Program-made: the position numbers and the translations under genes
The notes under the pieces: model-generated
Told to the model about the DNA's origin: nothing
Databases searched by the model: none
What the model saw: the letters and a program-made list of their open reading frames with translations, nothing else
In this document: positions 58,175 to 64,000 of the stretch, piece by piece
Layout of the letters: each line of letters starts with the position of its first letter
How positions within the stretch are numbered: position 1 is the first letter of the stretch
NCBI GenBank assembly: GCA_036229005.1
Contig: JAZAMN010000052.1
Coordinates: forward strand, 224,001-288,000
DNA: 64,000 nt
Origin: Myxococcota bacterium
GTDB lineage: Bacteria; Myxococcota_A; UBA796; CAJQPC01
Direction: 5' to 3'

Positions 58175-58247
58175 GGGCGTCTCCACGGGATGCCCGGGAT
58201 TCTCTTCGGGGCTACAGTGGGTGTCAACCGCAGTCGGAGAGAGCGCT

Positions 58248-59225
58248 TTGGCACAGGCCAGCCTGGAACAGGTCCTCAGCGGGCCCCTCGCGGCCATCTA
58301 CCTGGTCGTCGGAGACGAAGCCCTGCTGGTCAAGCAGGCCGAAGAGGCCCTCACCAAGCGGGCGCTGGACGGCGTCATGGAGGCCTTCAATCACGGGGTC
58401 TGGAGGGCTGGAGAGGAGGGGGCAGATGCCTGCCTGTCTGTCGCCCGCACCCTCCCGATGATGAGCCCTCGGCGCGTCCTTGTGTTGCGTGATGTCCACG
58501 AGGCCCCGTCGGAGCTGCTCGAAGCCCTGGCCTCCTATGCGGAGGCGCCGGCGGACACGGCGGTCCTGATCTGCAGCGGGCGGAGCTGGCCCAAGGCAAA
58601 GGGCACCGACTGGGGCAAGCGGGCCGAGAACCGGATCAAGAAATCCGGGGTGGTCTTGCGCTTCCGCTCCAAGGACTCCGACCCGGTCGGGTTCGCGGTG
58701 GATGCCGCTGCGCAGCTCGGGGTGGAGCTCCGGCCCGCCCAGGCCCGCACTCTGGTGGAGTTGGTCGGCAAGGACCTGGGGCGCCTGCAGCGGGAGCTGG
58801 AGAAGGCCGCGCTCTACGCGGGCGGGGAAGGCCGTCTCTCTGACGAAGCGCTGGAGGAGGTCTGCAGCCTCCTGGCCGAAGCACAGATCTGGGACCTGAC
58901 GGACGCCATCGTGACCCGGGACGCCAACGCGGCCCTCGCGACCGCACACCGGCTCCTGGAGGCCTCCAAGCGGGGGGAGTCGCACCGGCTGATCTCCATG
59001 ATCAACTGGCAGATCCGCCAACTCTTGCAGCTCCAGGCCGGGGCCAACGTTCGGATGCCCGGCTGGAAGCGTCAGAAGATGGAGCGCGCGCTTAGGGACC
59101 ATCCGCTGGATCCGGCTGAGATCCTGGGGCGCCTGGCGCAGGCCAACGAGGACATGAACGGCCACCGGGCAGGGGACCGGAGGGTGTTCGAGGGGCTGCT
59201 GCTGGATCTCGTCGCGCGCCGCTGA
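58248..59225 (+). CDS. holA: DNA polymerase III delta subunit
   Basis: IYLVVGDE, ARTLPMMSPRRVLV, LVGKDLGRLQRELEK, IWDLTDAI; convergent with rpsT. Confidence 0.92.
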   Translation: MAQASLEQVLSGPLAAIYLVVGDEALLVKQAEEALTKRALDGVMEAFNHGVWRAGEEGADACLSVARTLPMMSPRRVLVLRDVHEAPSELLEALASYAEAPADTAVLICSGRSWPKAKGTDWGKRAENRIKKSGVVLRFRSKDSDPVGFAVDAAAQLGVELRPAQARTLVELVGKDLGRLQRELEKAALYAGGEGRLSDEALEEVCSLLAEAQIWDLTDAIVTRDANAALATAHRLLEASKRGESHRLISMINWQIRQLLQLQAGANVRMPGWKRQKMERALRDHPLDPAEILGRLAQANEDMNGHRAGDRRVFEGLLLDLVARR

Positions 59226-59293
59226 GGCGTGCGCTCCGCTGCGTCACCGAGCCCCACTGTGCGGGGGCTTCCCAGCACAGAGGCCCAGAGCAC

Positions 59294-59321
59294 AAAGGCC
59301 CCGCCGAGAGGCGAGGCCCTT
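59294..59321 (-). terminator. Intrinsic terminator of rpsT
   Basis: aaaggccccgcc-gaga-ggcgaggccctt. Confidence 0.65.
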
Positions 59322-59342
59322 GAAGCTCGTGAGCCGGTTGGC

Positions 59343-59618
59343 TCAGGCGTTGCTGGCCTTGAGCTTGTTCACTGCCTTGTAGAGGCGTGCGACCCGGCGG
59401 CTGGCCTGGTTGCGGTGAATGATGCCCTTGGTCGCCAGGCGCTGGATGATGGAGACGGCGCCGTTCAGGTTGGCGGCTGCGGTCTCGGCGTCACCAGCCT
59501 CGATGGCCACGCGGACCTTCTTGATCTGGGTGCGCATGGTCGCGCGGTAGTGACGGTTCCGCATGCGACGCTTGGCGTTCTGGCGCATGCGCTTGAGGGC
59601 GTCGGCGTGGTTGGCCAC
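59343..59618 (-). CDS. rpsT: 30S ribosomal protein bS20
   Basis: ANHADALKRMRQNAKRRMRN, KGIIHRNQASRRVARL. Confidence 0.96.
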   Translation of the reverse strand: MANHADALKRMRQNAKRRMRNRHYRATMRTQIKKVRVAIEAGDAETAAANLNGAVSIIQRLATKGIIHRNQASRRVARLYKAVNKLKASNA

Positions 59619-59680
59619 AGAGGACTCCAAAGCTTGTCTGAAAGAAGGACTGTGCGGGGCATTCCCGCTTGAACCCTCGC

Positions 59681-59709
59681 GGTCTATGCCAGCGGTGCCT
59701 TGGTGTCAA
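59681..59709 (-). promoter_or_regulatory. Sigma70-type promoter of rpsT
   Basis: Minus strand TTGACA-N17-TAGACC. Confidence 0.6.
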
Positions 59710-59823
59710 GGAGACTGGGACGGCGCCGATGGACCCCAACTCGGGGTTGCAACCCTGGGTGTCCCTTGGGTTAGGTGCAGCGTAGGCTGTCGCCTATGGG
59801 TTGACAGGAAGCATGGAGCGGAC

Positions 59824-61128
59824 ATGGACATCTGTGTTGTTGGTACGGGCTACGTCGGACTTGTTGCGGGGACCTGCCTTGCGGATCTTGGTCACAAGGT
59901 CACCTGCGTGGACAAGGATCAGGCCAAGGTGGCGCTGCTCCGCCAGGGTGGCGTTCCGATCTATGAGCCCGGCCTGGACCAGCTCATCAAGCGCAACGTG
60001 CGTGAAGGGCGCTTGCACTTCACCACCGAGGGCGCCCAGGCGGTCGCAGGTGCGGAGGTCGCCTACATCGCCGTGGGGACCCCCGGTCGTGAGGACGGCT
60101 CAGCCAACCTGGACGGGGTGTTCGCGGTCGCGGAGCTGATCGGCAAGGCGATGGCCAAGCCGACCACCGTGATCATCAAGAGCACCGTACCCGTGGGGAC
60201 CGCCGACAAGGTGCGCGCGATCCTGGAGCAGCACGCCCAGCACCCCTACGACGTGGTGTCCAACCCGGAGTTCCTCAAGGAAGGCGCGGCGATCGATGAC
60301 TTCATGAAGCCCGACCGCATCGTCGCCGGCTGCGCGAAGGAGGAGACCCAGGAGGTCATGCGGCGCCTCTACGCGCCTCTGCTGCGCACGGGGAAGCCGA
60401 TCCTGTTCATGGACAACCGCAGCGCGGAGCTCTCCAAGTACGCAGCCAACGCCTTCCTGGCGACCAAGATCTCCTTCATCAACGAGCTGTCCCGCCTCTG
60501 CGAGGCTGCAGGCGCGGACGTTGACTCGGTGCGGCGGGGGGCCGGCACGGACTCCCGGATCGGGCTCCGCTTCTTCTTCCCCGGGGTGGGGTACGGCGGC
60601 TCCTGCTTCCCCAAGGATGTCCAGGCCCTGATGCGGACCGGGCAGGAGTTCGGCGTCAACATGTCCATCGTCGACGCCGTCGAGCAGGTCAACGCGTCCC
60701 AGAAGACCCTGCTCTTCCAGAAGGTGCAGAGGGTCTTTGGGGAGGACCTGCGCGGAAAGCGCTTCACCGTCTGGGGGCTGTCCTTCAAGCCCCAGACCGA
60801 CGACATGCGCGAGGCCCCTTCGCTGGTGCTCATCGAGGCCCTGCTGGCCGCTGGGGCGCAGGTCGTGGCCTATGACCCCGAGGCGATGGAGGAGGCCAGG
60901 CACAGCCTGGGCGAGCGGATCGAGTATGCCGAGTCCCGCATGGGCGCGCTAAAGGGCGCAGACGCGCTCTTGCTGGTCACGGAGTGGAACGAGTTCCGCA
61001 ACCCGGACTGGGAAGAGGTCGCAGAGATCATGCCCGGCCGCCATGTCTTTGACGGGCGGAACATCTACGACCCAGAGCGGGTCGCTCAGGCGGGCTTCAC
61101 CTACTACGGGATCGGACGCCTCACGTGA
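59824..61128 (+). CDS. ugd: UDP-glucose 6-dehydrogenase
   Basis: [46 protein letters not shown]. Confidence 0.96.
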   Translation: MDICVVGTGYVGLVAGTCLADLGHKVTCVDKDQAKVALLRQGGVPIYEPGLDQLIKRNVREGRLHFTTEGAQAVAGAEVAYIAVGTPGREDGSANLDGVFAVAELIGKAMAKPTTVIIKSTVPVGTADKVRAILEQHAQHPYDVVSNPEFLKEGAAIDDFMKPDRIVAGCAKEETQEVMRRLYAPLLRTGKPILFMDNRSAELSKYAANAFLATKISFINELSRLCEAAGADVDSVRRGAGTDSRIGLRFFFPGVGYGGSCFPKDVQALMRTGQEFGVNMSIVDAVEQVNASQKTLLFQKVQRVFGEDLRGKRFTVWGLSFKPQTDDMREAPSLVLIEALLAAGAQVVAYDPEAMEEARHSLGERIEYAESRMGALKGADALLLVTEWNEFRNPDWEEVAEIMPGRHVFDGRNIYDPERVAQAGFTYYGIGRLT

Positions 61129-62927
61129 ACATCGAGCGGATCCGCAACTTCGCCATCATCGCCCACATCGACCACGGCAAGAGCACCCTGGCCGACCGCC
61201 TCATCGAGCGGACCGGGCTGCTCTCGCAGCGGGAGATGAAGGACCAGTACCTGGACAAGATGGAGCTGGAGCGGGAGCGCGGCATCACGATCAAGGCCCA
61301 GACCTGCGTGCTCAAGTACAAGGCGCAGGACGGCAATGAGTACCTGCTCAACCTCATCGACACCCCAGGACATGTGGACTTCAACTACGAGGTCAGCCGC
61401 TCCCTGAGCGCATGCGAGGGGGTGCTGCTGGTCGTGGACGCGGCCCAGGGGGTCGAGGCCCAGACTCTTGCGAACGTCTACCTGGCCCTGGACCACGATC
61501 TGGAGATGATCCCGGTCCTCAACAAGATCGATCTGCCCGGCGCCGAGCCCGAGCGCGTCCTGGAGCAGATCGAGGACGGCATCGGCCTGGACACGGAGCA
61601 CCACGTCCGGACCAGCGCCAAGACCGGCATCGGCATCGACGAGGTCCTGGAGGCCGTCGTTCGCCACATCCCGCCTCCCTCTGGGGAGGACCGCGAGGCC
61701 CCGCTCCAGGCGCTGATCGTGGACTCCTGGTTCGACACCTACGTCGGGGTGATCTGCCTGGTCCGGGTCAAGAGCGGCCGGGTGGCCAAGGGCGACAAGA
61801 TCCGCATGATGGCCACCGGCGCCGAGCACGACGTCACGCAGGTCGGTGTGTTCGCCCCCGAGGCCCTGGAGACTCAGGTGCTGGAGGCCGGCGAGGTGGG
61901 CTTCATCATCGCGTCGATCAAGCAGCTCGAGGACGCCCGCGTCGGTGACACCATCACCACGCAGCGAGGTGGAGCCACCGAGCCGCTGCCCGGCTTCCAG
62001 GAGGTCAAGCCCATGGTGTTCGCCGGGATCTACCCGGTGGACTCCGGCGACTACAACGACCTGCGCGACGCGCTGGACAAGCTCTCGCTGAACGACGCCT
62101 CCATGAGCTTTGAGCCGGAGACCTCGGACGCGCTGGGCTTTGGCTTCCGGCTGGGCTTCCTGGGGCTGCTGCACATGGAGATCATCCAGGAGCGCCTTGA
62201 GCGCGAGTACGACCTGGACCTCATCACCACGGCGCCCAGCGTGATCTACGAGGTGGAGCAGAAGGACGGCACCGTGGAGAGCGTCCACAGCCCCTCCAGG
62301 ATGCCGCCCTTGGGCAAGATCAAGGAGATCCGCGAGCCCATCGCCCGGGTCACCATCCACGTGCCGGACGAGCACGTGGGGGCAGCCCTCAAGCTCTGTC
62401 AGGAGCGCCGAGGCATCCAGATCGGCTTCGAGGTGCCGAGCCCCGGGCGGAACGTCATCAGCTACGACATTCCCTACGCCGAGATCGTCTACGACTTCTT
62501 CGACCGCCTCAAGAGCGTGACCCGCGGCTACGCCTCGATGGACTACGAGGTCGCCCGGTGGGAGCCCAGCGATCTCGTGCGCCTGGACATCCTCCTCAAC
62601 GGCGACGCCGTCGACGCGCTGTCGGTCATCGTCCACCGCTCCAAGAGCCAGTGGCAGGGCCGAGAGCTGTGCCGGAAGCTCAAGGAGTTCATCCCCCAGC
62701 AGATGTACGAAGTCGCCATCCAGGCGGCCATCTCGTCCAAGGTGGTGGCCCGCTCCACGGTCAAGGCGCGCCGAAAGGACGTGACCGCCAAGTGCTACGG
62801 CGGTGACATCAGCCGCAAGCGCAAGCTGCTGGAGAAGCAGAAGAAGGGCAAGAAGCGCATGAAGGCCGTCGGCTCGGTCGAGGTGCCGCAGGAGGCCTTC
62901 CTCAGCGTGCTCAAGGTCGGGGAGTAG
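61125..62927 (+). CDS. lepA: Translation factor LepA (EF4)
   Basis: [56 protein letters not shown]. Confidence 0.98.
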   Translation: MNIERIRNFAIIAHIDHGKSTLADRLIERTGLLSQREMKDQYLDKMELERERGITIKAQTCVLKYKAQDGNEYLLNLIDTPGHVDFNYEVSRSLSACEGVLLVVDAAQGVEAQTLANVYLALDHDLEMIPVLNKIDLPGAEPERVLEQIEDGIGLDTEHHVRTSAKTGIGIDEVLEAVVRHIPPPSGEDREAPLQALIVDSWFDTYVGVICLVRVKSGRVAKGDKIRMMATGAEHDVTQVGVFAPEALETQVLEAGEVGFIIASIKQLEDARVGDTITTQRGGATEPLPGFQEVKPMVFAGIYPVDSGDYNDLRDALDKLSLNDASMSFEPETSDALGFGFRLGFLGLLHMEIIQERLEREYDLDLITTAPSVIYEVEQKDGTVESVHSPSRMPPLGKIKEIREPIARVTIHVPDEHVGAALKLCQERRGIQIGFEVPSPGRNVISYDIPYAEIVYDFFDRLKSVTRGYASMDYEVARWEPSDLVRLDILLNGDAVDALSVIVHRSKSQWQGRELCRKLKEFIPQQMYEVAIQAAISSKVVARSTVKARRKDVTAKCYGGDISRKRKLLEKQKKGKKRMKAVGSVEVPQEAFLSVLKVGE

Positions 62928-63505
62928 TGGCGGAGGCCAAGGGCCGGAGCTGGCCCCTGTGGGCGGCGGTCGGCGCCCTGGTGACCTCGCTTGCGCTGCG
63001 GCGCTTTGTGTTTGGTCTGGTGACCATCCAGACCGGAAGTATGCAGCCCAACCTGAGGCCACAGCAGACCCTCCTCTACTCCAAGACCAGAGCGGCAGAG
63101 CCCGGAGATGTGGTCGTCCTGGAGCTCCCGTGGGAGCCTGGAGTGCTGCATGTCAAGCGCTTGGTGGCCCAAGGGCCCGGCGAGGTGGAGCTGGCCGATG
63201 GTCGGCTCTACCTGTCTGGGGAGCCCGTGTTCGTGGACCGGGACGTCGATGTGCCCTGGCGCTCAGAGGACTGCCGGTCGGAGCTCGGGAGGGGGCACCG
63301 GGAGCGGATCGGGGAGGAGGAGTGGCTGGTGCTTGGGGGAGGGGATCACGCCCGCACCCCTCTGAAGGCTGGGGAGGTCTGGGTCCTGGGTGACCGCCGT
63401 GGCCGGAGCGAGGACAGCGGGCAGTGGGGACCGATCCCCGCCTCGGCGCTGCGCGGTACAGTGATCACAGCGGTCTGGGACTCGGGCCGGTGCGAGGGAG
63501 AGTGA
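62927..63505 (+). CDS. lepB: Signal peptidase I
   Basis: GSMQPNL (Ser), VKRL (Lys), LGDRR..SEDS..WG; follows lepA. Confidence 0.88.
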   Translation: MAEAKGRSWPLWAAVGALVTSLALRRFVFGLVTIQTGSMQPNLRPQQTLLYSKTRAAEPGDVVVLELPWEPGVLHVKRLVAQGPGEVELADGRLYLSGEPVFVDRDVDVPWRSEDCRSELGRGHRERIGEEEWLVLGGGDHARTPLKAGEVWVLGDRRGRSEDSGQWGPIPASALRGTVITAVWDSGRCEGE

Positions 63506-63912
63506 TGATCCGCAGAGCGAAGGGCAGGGCAGGCGACATTGACCTTGGGAAGGTCTTCTTCCTGCTCGTGTTCGCCAGCCTGGGCTACCTGGGCTGGGCC
63601 TTTCTGCCGGCCTACTACTCGGAGTTCCAGATGGGGCAGGCCGTCCAGGAGTCGATCCTGGACTGGCGCGACCGGGGGAGCATGGTCAAGGCGCAGGACA
63701 CGCTGGAGCGCCGGATGGAGTACCACGGCGTCCCCGACTACGTCTGGCCCCAGGACTGCGAGTTCTATGAGCAGCTCAGCGAGCGCCACGTGGACTGCTA
63801 CTGGGTCGTGGAGATCACCTACCCTCTGACCCAGAAGACGACGGAGCTGGAGTTCTCCGTCCACAAATACCTGGATCGGGGCGACCTGCTCCACGACGCT
63901 GAGGAGGACTGA
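63505..63912 (+). CDS. DUF4845-like membrane-anchored hypothetical protein
   Basis: Pilin-like N-terminal hydrophobic helix followed by PAYY; position after lepB. Confidence 0.6.
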   Translation: MIRRAKGRAGDIDLGKVFFLLVFASLGYLGWAFLPAYYSEFQMGQAVQESILDWRDRGSMVKAQDTLERRMEYHGVPDYVWPQDCEFYEQLSERHVDCYWVVEITYPLTQKTTELEFSVHKYLDRGDLLHDAEED

Positions 63913-64000
63913 TGGCTGAGACCGAGGTGCTGGCGAACGCGCCCAGGGTGGACGCTCTGATCCAGGAGATGGCGCAGCAGATCCGGGCCATGGGGGATCA
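63912..64000 (+). CDS. Start of a gene running off the window (possibly PyrR)
   Basis: TGATG coupling with GAGGAGG SD; MAETEVLANAPRVDALIQEMAQQI resembles the PyrR N-terminal helix; only 29 codons visible. Confidence 0.4.
   Translation, partial: MAETEVLANAPRVDALIQEMAQQIRAMGD

Noticed and set aside
59710..59823. ncRNA between rpsT and ugd
   Set aside because: Only short imperfect hairpins; explained adequately by divergent promoters

Overview
High-GC, gene-dense bacterial chromosomal window. The gene families present (AgmX/PglI-type TonB-like protein, MopE-type repeat lipoprotein, CehA/McbA-type hydrolase, Ser/Thr kinase, FHA protein) suggest a Myxococcota-related lineage; this is inference, not a taxonomic test. 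Most of the window is housekeeping: lysC-lysA fusion, serA, tRNA-Gln-prs-rplY-pth-hppA-rpsF-rplI-dnaB, guaA, fdx, yfgM-bamB, tRNA-Ala, a dnaK paralog, tRNA-Leu, rpsU, holA, rpsT, ugd, lepA-lepB. I saw no CRISPR array, integrase or transposase. The most interesting signals are: (1) a two-gene secreted pair sharing a half-TolC-like C-terminal module, fused to an Asp-box propeller in one protein and a ComEA-type HhH domain in the other; (2) two homologous intergenic elements of convergent 31-bp-period repeat arrays bracketing the AgmX/PglI gene; (3) an orphan NorQ/NorD (CbbQ/CbbO) pair divergent from tandem diheme cytochrome c lipoproteins; (4) an apparent ECF sigma/degenerate anti-sigma/TM fusion; (5) recurring expression features: probable leaderless genes, ultrashort signal peptides and a CTCTGGG motif after terminators. 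All family calls come from motif recognition by eye. Several start codons were moved from the ORF track using RBS or -10 cues.
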